Source of the DNA: Octopus bimaculoides
Lineage: Eukaryota
Direction: 5' to 3'
DNA length: 48,427 bases
NCBI RefSeq assembly: GCF_001194135.2
Contig: NC_068996.1
Coordinates: 57,156,818 to 57,205,244, forward strand
Under the pieces are notes generated by a model that made no database searches, had not been told where the DNA came from, and worked only from the letters and a program-made list of their open reading frames with translations. This document shows positions 48,378 through 48,427 of this stretch, in pieces (the first letter of the stretch is position 1; each line of letters begins with the position of its first letter). The position numbers and the translations under genes were made by a program.

Positions 48378-48427
48378 ATTATTATTATTATTATTATTAT
48401 TACTTTATGTTTGACTTTTGTTTTGCA

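Overview
AT-rich, microsatellite-saturated eukaryotic DNA with 7 assembly gaps. The repeat families and microsatellite load point to an octopus (coleoid cephalopod) draft genome; this is an inference. I can support only one host coding exon: a 94-nt plus-strand exon (13259-13352) of a KIF26-like (kinesin-11) motor domain. The ORF track misses it, and most of the window is probably intron of this gene. The rest is decayed transposons: R4/Dong, RTE, Tx1, CR1/Jockey-type LINEs, maT-type Tc1/mariner, hAT and piggyBac-like MITEs, a solo LTR, many tRNA-headed SINEs, and a 5S rRNA pseudogene. Main leads: (1) the Walker-A glycine codon of the kinesin begins with A at the last exon base, so it is either degenerate or restorable by A-to-I editing; (2) a set of (TAA)n-targeted R4/Dong elements with a candidate non-autonomous partner; (3) an RFX X-box-rich intronic regulatory module; (4) a solo LTR with an atypical 7-bp flanking duplication. 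All family assignments come from translation and alignment by eye against remembered consensus sequences; no database search was run. Boundaries of decayed elements are approximate.
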